Assembly (NCBI GenBank): GCA_977030845.1
Contig: OZ365114.1
Location: 26,474,001 to 26,538,000 of the forward strand
Reading direction: 5' to 3'
Origin: Fimbriosthenelais zetlandica
Taxonomy: Eukaryota
Length of the DNA: 64,000 nt
The position numbers were made by a program, and so were the translations under genes. Below, piece after piece: positions 12,458 to 25,836 of the stretch (its first letter is position 1; each line of letters starts with the position of its first letter). Under the pieces are notes generated by a model that was not told where the DNA came from, made no database searches, and was given only the letters and a program-made list of their open reading frames with translations.

Positions 12458-15400
12458 TTCCTAAACTTCCTCCTAAACATCAAAACATATATCATCTTCA
12501 GAAAGACTAGTTGGTTTCTATATTTCCTCAAATTACTGTTCTGGAATCATCTGGCTTTAAAATGTCCATGATCAATCATGGGAATCATGTTTCCTTTAAT
12601 CTAAGTTAAATACTTTTATGAGGGCTGAAATGACTATGGTGTGATGAAGCTCTGAGTAAATGTAGAGTGAAGTATTTTTGTTAGAGGTTTATGAATACAT
12701 GTATATGAAGTACCAGGCACTGGGCGAGAAGATCGCCCCATTATGCCCCATTATACCTAAACACCAAAGTAATAGTAGATGAGGTTAAACAACAGATTAA
12801 CACTCCCACCTAAACAAAGACTCATTTTTATCATCCTTCTCCCAAAGTAGGGAGAGGCCAGACGATAGCTTGTTTTTACCTTCTGGTTTTTTCTCGTCCT
12901 CCCATGCTGTGACTTCACACAGTGTTTGAAATAGATTTAGTGACATTTAAAACTACTAAACTTTCCTAATACAAGATATTTACAAATATCTTTTTATCCA
13001 TAAACCTATCGAGTAAAAATCTCCAGCCGGACTAAATAATTTAACTACATATTCATGACATAGAACATGTAATGGTTTGGTAAATAAATAATAGAAGGTG
13101 GAGTTTACCATCAAGATGCGGGAGTTTATGCATATTTATATGCAACAATGTCAAACTAAATAACCAAGAGTGTTATTTGTTTGGCATATACCATTATGAT
13201 TAGGTCTACTGCATGGTTTCAACACACCCAAACACTTAAGTGTTCACAGAAACTCATACAGCCTTATCCCTCTGAGAGAGACAATGATAGACGAATTAAA
13301 AATATTCGACCTTCAAAGACGTTTTCAACCAACAGACTAATCATTTTATTCCATGAAAAGTACCGGTTTTAGACAATCCCTTAGCATCCCCATCTCAGAC
13401 ACTTGTTTGAAGAAACAACCCCATCCTGCGTCCCTAACATCAGGAAAGGTGTCCTGCAGCAATATACAAGGCAGGTAAGATGAAATATACAGAGGTGGTC
13501 ATAAGGTTCCACACTTGGCTATAGGTGTACATATCACCTGCGTCCAGGAAGACCCCACAAAGTGATTTGTTTATCAACAGATAAAAGATAGCGCCAGCTC
13601 CCCGCCCGGCTGAGGAGTGGGAGGTAGGAAAAAGACAACTATTTACGTTGGCCTATATCCGAGAGACACTTAAGCACGGATCCTCCTTGCTTATATCAGT
13701 CTTTATATCATAACAATACTTGGTACTCTAAGAGGCCTTCCCTATTTCTTTTCCATCCCTTCCCATTTGAGCAATACAGTATTTGCATCGGAAATTTACA
13801 TCAGATTGACGCTCAATTGGGATGGAACTTTTCGGATCTGTGTCCAATTGATTTGTCCGCATTTGATGAGAACACAGGGCATAAACACAGGGGGAGTCGA
13901 TGTCTCTTCCCCTGCCTTCTAATTAACATCTTAAAGACTAATTATCCCCTGTAGGAGGAGCTTAGAGGCTGGGGATGAACACTTGTGTCTGGGATCGTGG
14001 GATCGTGGGAGGCATTGACAGTGGGGGCATGGGGAGGGAATCAATACCTAAAATGCTGAGATCAACATGATCTCTGTCCATCTCAGCTTGGTTATCTGTT
14101 TACTTGATTAAGAATTAACATGTATTAACTGATGTACTTCAAAGTGTTTCAAACACTTTCGTCTTATACATTTAAAGTACAAAGTAGAAAGCTATACCTT
14201 GTCCATCAAAGAAATAATCAAACAACGAAAGGAAAACTGAATTGTGCATAAGAGTACATTTGCTTCTAAAGAAATCTCCTAATGATAAGAGTACCAATTG
14301 AACTATTCCCAATCCTTTCCAGTGTTATCTCAGGCTCCTATATTAATATTATCAAGAACTATTCCTCAACACTGGGTTACAACCAGTGCCACTTTGTACC
14401 CCTGTATAGTCCACTGGCCTCAACTTCTGGGTGCCCCATTGACAAAGTTGCAGTTGCTCCTCGGGCATAGACTGACGCAAGCATCTGTGTTTATTATGAC
14501 TGCAATTTGCTCTGAGGGAACCACCTCGCCATCTTTCTGAATAAGCCAGATGTAAACATCAGGAGTTGCTCCGAGCTGAAGGTGAGCAATTGCCGCTCTA
14601 TGTAAGAGGTTAGCATGTCAAATCCAAATTTATGCCGGAAGCTCAAGCAAAAGAAAAAGTCCCTGCAAAACTGACAAGAATTTCCTTCATCCAATACCTC
14701 TATACAGAGTACAAATATTGCAGCACTATTAGTTCGGGTTTATTATTTCTATAAAAAGGATCTGGCCGTCTAAAAACATGCTCATGGCAATCCCAATTCC
14801 TTGAAAACATATATGTTATATTCATTCCGATAGACAAAAAAGTCTAATTGGAATATTAACCTCTAACTTATCATCATGGGAACATATAAGGTTCATGCCT
14901 AATGTCCATGTTCATGGAAAAAAGAGGCATATTCCTACAATGGCCTTTCAGTAATCATTCATTCCATGAATACCCTACTTAATGTAAGTAATAAGTTAGG
15001 ATTCCACTCGTCTCTATTTGCAGCATAAATAAAGCATGTACAATGACAGTGGTATGAACATTTAACACATATTTCACAAACGGGTGCAACGGTACTTGGT
15101 TCCACAACCATTCTCTAGCCCTATTGCGCATGGTTTCTGTCTGTGACTTTTGATTATAACTAGGACCTGTACTAACTACTCAAAAAAGTGAGCCTCACAT
15201 GCCAGAATAGTTGCACATAATTATTGAACAGATATTTTCCCTCTACCTATGCAAGTTTTTTGTAGTGTTTTATTATCCAATATGGAGGTTGAGGAACTAA
15301 TGGAATCGGCCAATTGGTAGACTAATTTATTACAAGGTTATGATTGTTGAAAGAAATGTCCAGGATCCGCAATTCTTATCATACTGATCCTAATATGCAT

Positions 15401-16469
15401 CCGGTATTCTTACTTAGAGGGATGTTCTCTTGGACTATACATGTAAAGAAATGGGAAGGAAACGTCCGGGGTTGAGAAGGAAGAGGGGATGTGGGGGTGG
15501 ATTGTATTGCCCTTCTCTACTTGAATATGTCTGGAAAATGTTGGAGAGAATCTTTCTCGACATCTTACAGATCTTTATAAGCACACACCTGTCTACGTCA
15601 TTCTCCAGCACCCCCCCTCCTATTCCAGTCATACCGCACTTCTCATTATTTCTTGTAATAAATCACGGCTTTTCACAATAATAATACTTTCTCATTGCAC
15701 TGTGTCCTTACATTTTCATTAATAACTCTTATAAATGAATCAGAGGAAACTAATATCACGAGTGGCTTTTCAATAAACTACAACTTCAAGAAAATAAGAA
15801 CATGGTAACATAGAATCACTTAGTTTGGCGGTTGTACATTGCTTCAAATTTACCCCATTCCGCAGTCTATAACTGATTCTAGTTTCTGGGTCATCTATTC
15901 TTTAATTCCCCACCCATCACAGAAGTAAGTGAGGGTGTTACTGCTGCAGGCACCGGGTTCCATAATGACGCTACAGTCAGCAATATGATACAGCACCTCT
16001 CCACACTGTCAGCCCGTCTGTAGGAATGTATTTTTGATTAAACAGTGATGACCAGAATGTCTGCTGGAGAGTTGAGTGTTGAGTGGGACAAGGAAAGAGG
16101 AGTAGGTTTAGAAGATAGCACTTTTAAAGCCAGTGCATCCATCAACAGGCTGGTCTTACATTCTACTTCACCTCGACTTATCATTGCTCCAAAACTGAGT
16201 GCTATGCCTCATCTTCTTATATATTCAACTTTTTCCCCTGGGTATTTTTCTCCTGCTCTTATGTAGTCTTTGGTCCCACGCACAACTCTAACTTTCTCCT
16301 GTCGTTTTCAGGTTTTTGCACATCAGTTTTTGCAAGATCAGTATATTCCAGTAGTATGTTAAGTCATAGGGGGTGACTTTCTTTCATAGAGGGTTTGTGA
16401 AATCAAAGCATTTTGTTCTTCCCAACAATGTTCTTATCATCATTGCAATTTTCATGATGCTATGCTTAT

Positions 16470-16680
16470 GTGCATTGAGAGAGAAGAAAGAAAGGAAAAG
16501 ATAGACAGCGGGAGGCAGAGAGATAGAACAGACAGAGAGAGAAAGGATGTTTATCGGAAATAATACAACAGAGGGATGGAAGAGGAAGAGGTGGATGGAG
16601 TGGAGGGGGCAATTGGGGAGGGAGGGAGGGCAGGAGGGAGGAAAGCAGGAAAGACCTGGTGGGAGGGGGTGGATGGATTT
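16470..16680. repeat. GA-rich low-complexity tract with a G-quadruplex motif
   Basis: Purine-biased on +. GGGGAGGGAGGGAGGG at 16615-16630. Confidence 0.75.
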
Positions 16681-19600
16681 GAATCAAGAGTGGTCTTTTA
16701 CATCATGAGATGGAGCCACTACATGCATTCTGCCTATTAGTCAGAGGAAGCCTCTAGTGGAATTGTGCATGTCTGAAGTGTTGGGAAGCGATCCCGGAGT
16801 GACCTCCAACTAATCTGAAGCAGAGGGCTCTGATCCCGACAAGAACACACCTCTACACATGTCCTTACTGCATTAGTTCACCAGTACATACAAGTGAAAT
16901 ATCACCCAGCGCTCATAGGTGCAGTATAACCATTCTAATCGACTAAAATTCACCAAAACACGTTTCCTATTTCAAACATGTTAGGAGTAATTAGCCTACA
17001 TCACAGAAGGCACCAGGATCAGATAGGCAAAAGATTAGAGTTCAAATACACTGACATAAACAAACATACCCCTGCTGCAACAAACAGTTGGACCAAGTGA
17101 AGTCCATAGCTGGCAATATTTTTCTCACTGTGCAGCTGGTGCTGTTCATTGAAACATACTCTGCAGACTTCATTATCCTTTCAGTTAAAGACCCCTGGTT
17201 CTAAATTTAGTTTCCCTCAGGGGTTTGATCAGTATTACATAGTCAGCTCCCTATTCCCTCTGCAATGTACATTGATTTCATGCCCCAGGGTTTAAATACC
17301 ATTCACTTGTCAATAATGCAATCCTAATCCAACTATTGCAAGTATATGCAAGCTCGAGAGTCACGGACATCCTCATAAGTATACTTTATGGGAATATCAA
17401 GGGATTAACATTAATTAATTTATTGTCTTTTTTGAGACATTGTAACCTTATACTTGTAGTTCTGAAACCAAACTATAACAATGTTTCAGGGAGTTCTGAC
17501 TTCCGTTCAGCTCGGACATAAAAACAAAGCTTCAGATCGATCTGACCTGAGAATGTAATCACTGTAATGCACGCCCAGAAGTTCTGAAACGTCATTCAAC
17601 CTCCCAATCTTCACATGATAAAAGTTTGTTATTTCAGAAACATTTTTAGAAAAAAAATGTGTTGTATTTGACTCCACGACTCGGAGAAGTAAGAATAAAA
17701 ACGGCACATCTTAATTACTCTCAGTATTAGCTTCAGATATTGTTTTTGATCTTTCAGGCCGAGGGGTCGAAATCCTCTCTGCCCCAACCAAATTCACCAA
17801 GACCAATTCACTTCCTAAGATTCGAAATGATTTCCGTTTCTAAATAATTATATTTTACATAGGAACTCGAAAATTACCTATACCAAACCCCTTAAAACAT
17901 AAATGAAGTGTTTTCCACCTCGTAACTTTCATCCAAAATGCCTGAATGACTACTACGGGTAAGACAAGGATCGCCTGTCCTCAGATCTATTCTTGAATTA
18001 CTGCTCAACGTATCCTACTCGTCATGTTAAATGAAAGAGCACTATTTGTATTAGATTATAAGTTCACTGCCTTGATAAATCATTTTATATCACATTCCGA
18101 TAATCCAAAATAACAATCAGGCTAACTGATCACATACACCCACCCACACAGTGGGTAGAGAATTGGAATTACTATTTTAATGCATCTCTCAGTTAGCATG
18201 GCCTTGGTTTAATTTTTCCTTGGCTATACATTAACTGGCTCATGCCTCCCAGTGCCTGATGAATTTAAGAGTATGAGCTAAGAATTCACTTCAAGGCCGC
18301 TTATCTTTTTGTCAAAATCTCCTTCTGTATTAATCTACTGCTAGAAATAGCTTGGCGACGCCCGCAGCTTCATTGAATCATTCATAAGGGAATTTATCAA
18401 AGTTGCTAGGATTCATGTTAGTCTAAATCTAGAAGATGTCTACGATTTCAAGAACCCTCTAGTTTAAACTTCTCAATGCTCAATTCCTAATATTGATGAA
18501 ATAATTGAAGCCATGTTTAGGCAATGGTTTGGGGCAATAATAGGCCGACCGGAAGTAAACAATACTGATGCTCGATTTGCAGTTCCTTTAACAGGATTTA
18601 ACCGGAAGTGAGCCATAGTTAGAATCTTGCATGGGCACCAACAGTTACTGCAAGCATATGACACCCCAGAATCACACGGCAGTTTAAATTTCCAAATTCA
18701 GCCGCAAAGATGGCCAATTTAAACTTGATGGACATGTTAGAATCAGAATTAAAAGGACTTCTTTATGAATTAAGAACATAAACAATATGACTATTTGCAA
18801 TCAACACCGTTCCGTCTGCTTCATAATCTTCAGGCAGTCATGCAGTGACAAGGCTATATTGGTGAATGGAGGGATTTTGAGGCAGAAATAGTAGGTCCAT
18901 CGTCCCATCACAAAATGTCAGCCTCAAATTACCCCAAAACCAAATTAAGACAGTTTTTGACTATTTCAGGGAAGACGGTGAAACCAAGCACTCATCATAA
19001 ATTGTAAATTGGATGTACTCACGACGAAAAATCATGCGATTAATGAACGTCATAAAAAAATATCCATTTTCTTGAAATTGCGAGGACTTTAAATGCGACC
19101 TAATAATATGGTGATTTTTACCAGCTGGGAGAGTTTCTCAAGAGATAATTTCTTTATTTTTACGAAGATGTATGAGCATTAAGCAGTAAGTGGGTTATTT
19201 CTGGGCATAAAATGTGGAGTTGTTATTACGGCAGTTGTGGCGCTCGTGTTTTGGTAGGAGAAAAAGATCTGATTGGTTGATGCGAATGAGGAAGTCAAGG
19301 TTGGAATGAGCCAGAAATAGGTTCTACACGTCGTGATTGTATGGATCAGGGATTGGGATAATTTAAGAATTGATATCATAGGAATCAGTCCACCAATACA
19401 TTATTAAAAATCATAATTTATTATTGTATTCATTTCTGCTATGTTGTTTCTTAAACTGTTATGCGTTTAAGGTAAATGGGTCTAAACAGTTGATTTTAGG
19501 AGAGTTGCAGATCACGAACATCCCAATGATGCAGGCCTATAACATATGCAGATCTATGTGAAATGTTAACAACAATAAATTACTTGTACGACATTAGATT

Positions 19601-20458
19601 CATTTACTTACAACACATCACAATTTGGTATTTTAATTTACAGAACTTAAGGGTTTGATTGTGCCACCCATGGGGATGTTCAACCTACCATTCATCTCAC
19701 CCTACCCGCCCTGCCTCACCTACATCGTTCATGTCTTCAGATCTCCATCCAGGATCAAAGACGCAGTTCTCAGGACAAGTCTCGCGCTACAAGTCTCGCG
19801 CAAACGAGATGAGAAGGATGTCGACAAGATGCAAGAGAACACATGTAGGTGGAGTTCTGACACTATACCGTACATCGTCTTAACTTCCACATTATTCTCC
19901 TCATATTTCTATGCTCATGAAATGCATATATGTGTATGCATACCAGAATGGTTAATGCAGTCATTTTAATTTACATAATAATATTCTATGTTCTCAACAT
20001 CAGACCTCCAGTCAACTTTTGTCATTGTGAAACTCTTGAAAATCGGAGATTTTATTAAGGAAAACATTTAAGATTTGTGCTTGCTATGTTTGTTTTTCAT
20101 GTTCTCCCCTTCACAATTCAGTTTAATATGGAGTGAAAGGGCAATGTTAAATTCTTTTCATGTAGAACTATACCCATAGCTTCAGTCCATGACAGAATAA
20201 TCTACTTGACACTTGCCTTTGCTCAGCAGACCCTCCCCTACATACAATATCCCTTCACACATGTGTATTATTACATCCTTCTATTTTTTCTCCCACCTTC
20301 CTTCTCTCTCGTACCTTCTAACCAATTATTGGCTGGGTCACCTTCTAGCTATGTGATGGTTATCTTGTCTGTACGGACGGGCGAGTGTGTGGCTGTATTT
20401 CGTCGGCTTTTTTTATTTTTGTCTTGAGTAGAAGTGTGATTTTTTTGTCTCTTTTCAG

Positions 20459-20538
20459 GCCCACCAGAGATCCGAGGGTCGAAGGATGGGAGCGTTCCTG
20501 GGGCGTGGGAACTAGGGGTATTGTTTTCAAGGCCTAAG
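20459..20538 (+). other. Orphan exon-like segment, 80 bp
   Basis: Acceptor ttttttgtctcttttcag| and donor aag|gtaagt. One open frame, no recognisable homology. Confidence 0.3.
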
Positions 20539-23500
20539 GTAAGTCCCTTACTAGGCTAAAAGTTAACAGCGCCGAGGTATCTAGTTTTTGATAGCAAAAA
20601 ACTGTGTGCATGATTGATATTGTATTCATATAACAAGGAGTTCAAACATGCCCATAATGCAAATGAGTTGACCTAAGTCTAAGGTTTGCACTTTGGAAAT
20701 GACACAACCTCGAAACTTTCACAGGTACCCTTATACGTTCCCATGCAGCCCTGGGCCTCTACCTTGCCATACAATCTTCCTCTCACCAACCAAAACATTC
20801 ATTTTTCCTATGCCCGAGTCTCATCTTGATTGAAACGGCGTCTGGCCTGAAATGTGCTGACATACGGACGCATGCACGTCCTGACGTGAGACCCTATAGA
20901 TTTCGCTTTTTTTTTCAACAGGCACAAAGTGAAGTTTATGATAAGGGAAATTCTACTGTATATTGGTAATAAATTCATATAAGAATTCTTATCAAGTCAG
21001 TAAGATACAATCGTAAATAAAAGCAGAAAAAGGTCTTGACTGAGATAAAAAATATTCTACGTTCTGAAGTAGTTGTCAGAGTTGCAAGATGTTTTCATCA
21101 GTATTTCAAAGAATTTCCTTCCTGTATTTTTTGTCTATAATGCACTCTGTGCATCTCTTTGGCACGAACTGTCAAAGATCTGTACATGCTGTACATAGTA
21201 CTAGCAAATAGTGGATCAGTCTGGCGACGCTAAGGTCTGGACTATTTATTACAAATCAGAAATCTGAAATAAGGTCAGCCACCAGCCCTAGGGGAGAATC
21301 TACACTCCCCCATTATGGAGGACCCACAACTACGACATCTGACAAATAGCGGGGGAAACCCCTCTCTTTTCCCCTCTTTTTTGAAAACCAGAATGGCCTG
21401 TTCGTCAATGCCACCAATTGCTGAAACTATCAGTCATTTCCAAAGGCCTTCTGACTGACGGACATGAGAGTGAGATCAGGGACATAAAGCACTCTACGCC
21501 TTGTGATGGCCTGGCCATCATTGACCTACAAAAGGGGGAGTGGTTCAGTCCCTCAGGGTTATAGGTTAGCTCCAATAAGCCTGCATATTAAGAGAATCTG
21601 AAGGAATCCTTGGATTGCTCACTCAGTGGACAGGGATACTCCAGCTTGACCATCCATAATGGGTTTAATGGCCTCCTGAAAGGTCTCTCTTGACCCTGTG
21701 ATGCTATAAAGATAAAACGCCATGAGCCACTGCCTACAATATGAGCCATAGATGAATAAGTTATTTTGAATATTTTGGCAGTCAACGTTATTTCAAAGAA
21801 ATAATTCCTTAATATACGCCCAGTATTTGGAGGTAAGAAGTGACGTTAGGCTATATACAAGTTGATAGTAAGCGTAAGTCAACCCAAAATTCAACAAGGC
21901 TTAGGGTTATACTCGATTTGGATACCGACACCTAGTAAGTCTCTATTCGACTTACTAGGGTTTTACAGATCCAGATCGTAAATTTGTAGACAACAGTACA
22001 AAAACTAGTTACAAACAGCTTTCCCTGTATTTTGTTGGGTTTGCATGTACTTTAATGGGATGCCAAATGCTTATAGTAAGTGTCTAGACACATGGGAACA
22101 GGATATATATACACCATACACCTGAACAGCTGACTGCCTCCTCCACAAAACATACTATATTCATTTGATTCAAACATAAGAAAAACACCTATACAAGTTT
22201 ATAGCCAAAGCAGCGTGGCATTCCCAACACATTGCACTTAAATAACTCACAAAAAGCTAAATTTAGAAGCCGACTTTCCCAGCTGGTTAAGACAATGGCC
22301 TCCCAATAAGAATTTAAAAGCAGTGCACTCAGCCCCTTGGGGTCTGGAGTTGCCTTACATAATGTAGGGAAGCGTGGGACCTGAGGAACACGTGGTAGTC
22401 ATATATCACTGGAGGTGGGACCAATACTGCTGAAATATCAGCGGGTTAAGACATCTGACTGGCAACTCTTGGTGCCAGGTAGATAATATCAATACCAGAA
22501 GAAATATATTTACCTTGAATTTTTATAAAAGTATCATGGTATTGGAGTTTAAATACATAATGTTATTTGCAGACATTTTGCTGAATATTCCAGATTTGTT
22601 TTTTAACTAAACTGTTATTTCTGATTCTGTTGCTCCCAGCAGCTATCTTAACATCCATTGAACCTTAACGGAAGTATAAAGTGAAAAAAACATTAGGCCC
22701 AAAATCACTGTTTGATCAATAGCTGATCAAGGCATTCCAGGTGAGATCAATACAATCAAGCCAACTGCAATTAAAGCTCTCCGAAGTAAGTTCGATCAGA
22801 TTAATATATTTCACTCACTTTTGAGAACTTATTTCCTTTTAAGAGGACATATAATTGACCCCAAGGAACAGCCCAATATCTTATTGAGTCACATTTTGTG
22901 GGAGGTGACAAGGAAATATTTCTTGAATATGAAGTAAACCTTGTAAAGAAAGCCCGGGGAGTTGTGTTGCCTTCATCAACATTGTCTATTTTGAGTCTCA
23001 CATGTGCACACATGAATAACGACACTATAGAGCTCCGTCAACATACGGGTCGTCCGAAAGCACTTACCTCGCCCCACCAATCAGAAGAAAGAACACACAC
23101 CGATGTGGACAGTGTCCATATAGTCTTTCATCCTTCCCATATCGCTTATTCAGGTAAATCCATTTCACAGGGGATGCATGCTAATCACCATAATATACAA
23201 ACTTGTTGAGTTTTTTTCGTCATAAAAAAACAACAACACTTTCAGAGGATTATATAAGGCCCAACAGAGAGTAATCCAGTATCATGTAGAAGCTTAGAAG
23301 TGAGCCAAATGCCATGAAGTAAGACAAGAGATAAGAGTTGAGCACACACCCATGAGTAGGGGGCTGGGTGGTAAAGTCTGGAATATGTGGAGTGTGTAGA
23401 GGGGGTATGGGATGGTTTTATCAGTGTATGGCCCCTCGCAGCAGAAGCCGGCATCTTAACTTTACCATGGGGCCGTCTCTCTACAGGCAGGTGTTCTCTC

Positions 23501-25548
23501 CTGAGGACCCATGTTCCCCTGTTCCCAGAGGTCCAATACACTGAATTATTACATGGTCTCAGGCCATACATGCATCATCATATCTTTGTACTTATCATAT
23601 ACACAGCACACACATGCATACAGCCTTGTTTTATCTCCATATATACCCATCCCTCAACAACATCCTATATACATCCTATACCTTGGGACAACCAAAGTTT
23701 GAAAACTTCCAGAACAAATAAAAGACACTGGCAATAGATTCTTCGAAGTATGTATAATCCAGACTTATTCTGCGTGAATTGCATTCAGATATATTGCCTC
23801 CTACAGCAAGTATCTACCGAATTATTCCATGATATTTCCTATCAATTTATTTTTTCTCTGGAGATGCACAATTTGGGCGGATGGTTATTGGCATTCTTGC
23901 AGGAAAGCATTCAGTCTTAGGACACCTTCAAGTTAATTGTGTGGCTGGATATTGGGAAACACTAGATGTCAGATCCACCAAATTCCTGTACATCAATATA
24001 CACATTGTGATAGGGAAAACAAGACTGAAGGGGCAATTATTGCTATATTAACGGCTATATAATAAAAGCCTTGTTGTTTTTTTATCCAGACCAATATAAA
24101 GATGGCATTTTTAACCAGGCATTATTGGAGACTATGTGGAGTTTTGGACTTTTGATGGGTAACCTTATACAGTGGATCTGTGGCTTATTTGGTCCACTCT
24201 TCTGGGAAGGAAGACTTCTAGTTATGGTTGAGCCGGCTTGATTGGTAACGGAATGCTGAGATTCATACTGTAACCAAGGTCTGGTTGTTAGGTACCAGAT
24301 TGCCAATTACAAGAATTGTCTGCTCATTCACGGCAGAATTAAAGACATTCCTTGTTCAACAGTCAATATTGCGACTCATACCTTCATTAATATGTTCATA
24401 TTACATTCATTCCTCTCACTTATTATAAGCTCTATCACGCTCTCTTCATATTATAGAGCCATTTCATTTAGGAACTCACGGTGCAAATAGTTTTACTTTC
24501 AAATGAAATCCACAACATTTTAAAATAAGACCATATCAGTATTCATCTACATCTAAATAGTCACATCAAAAAAGGTAAAAGGGCTGTAAATTCTGTCAAA
24601 ATTGAGCAACACGGTTTGCATAAAACCTTTAAGTTTTGAACGGAGGAAAGTATGTAAATGTTCTTTTACGAAGGTACACTTATATAAGTCTAATTACCTA
24701 ATAACAAGGTGGTATAGCATAACTTAAATTTCGAACCCATATAGTAGATCCTTAAGTAAGGGTACTTAAAAAAGCCCTTTCTGACCTTTTGTTAAAAGCA
24801 TCAAAGGACCTTAGCGTGAGACAACAAGCAAGGCAATAAAGGCTTTATATGAAAGCAGCCATCAATGTGAAAAATCTACTATAGCAAAATGTGTCTATAG
24901 CCATAGATCAGTGGAGGTTTTATGGGAGGTCTGATGATGACGAAGCATCTTTTCTCTCAGCCTCTTGCTACTGATAAACGACCCCAACACACAGTAGCTG
25001 CGGCCTCCACTTAAAAACCACCAGCACTAGACAAAAGTTTCAAAACCCACCTGTGACAAAGCTTGCCTGTCGTCCATGGCCTCCGGTAGAGTTTAATGAG
25101 TTGAGGTCGATGTCTGTGCAGCATATCCAGGCCATATATATATTAGACCTTGCTTGATGGTGGTATAAAGTACTTGAAGCACCGCATGATCGGATCCTGA
25201 TCATGTCCGTCGATCAGCCATGCTGTCCTAATAATCACGCATGATGACTCCAGACTTGGCGTGCGCGCTTTCGTGAAGACCTCACTTGTAACTGCTCCTT
25301 GTCTGCCTGAGAAGAAATAATCCAAGCGAGGAGCAGTAAATGAAACTCGCACTCCCTCCTATGCAATTAATACCCAGGTCGTGAGTTTGATGAAGAGGTG
25401 GGTAATGGGTAGGGTGGGTTTTGATGAAAGTCTTGTCGCTACAAGAAGCAAGGTCAAGTTGGCAATAAGATGATCGAGGCTTTTCACGAAGACTAGAAGC
25501 TGGACAGGTTACATAAAATACTTGTCACCTGTTACAGTAGGTGAGAGG

Positions 25549-25836
25549 TGACGTAACAACACGACGTTACCATGGCGATCACGGGATTTGACCGTCCAGA
25601 ACGGGATTATGACGTCATATGGTAGCCATTGACAGACATGCGACCTGAAAGATTAATTCTGAGTCAATTAATAATGGAAGCAATTACTAGGTCACTATAA
25701 GACTTGATTAATAAGACACTCAAATCTAGCATCTCTTAAAATATTGACTGTATGAGAGGAATGATCATGAGATAGAATGAGGAAGACAAAGAAAAAAATA
25801 TTTGATTGAATGAATTATATTGGTTACCAAGGAAAC
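25549..25836. promoter_or_regulatory. Candidate promoter or enhancer: TGACGTAA, RFX X-box, CRE and a second X-box
   Basis: TGACGTAA 25549-25556, GTTACCATGGCGAT 25566-25579, TGACGTCA 25610-25617, GTTACCAAGGAAAC 25823-25836. Locally CpG-rich. Motif match only. Confidence 0.45.
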
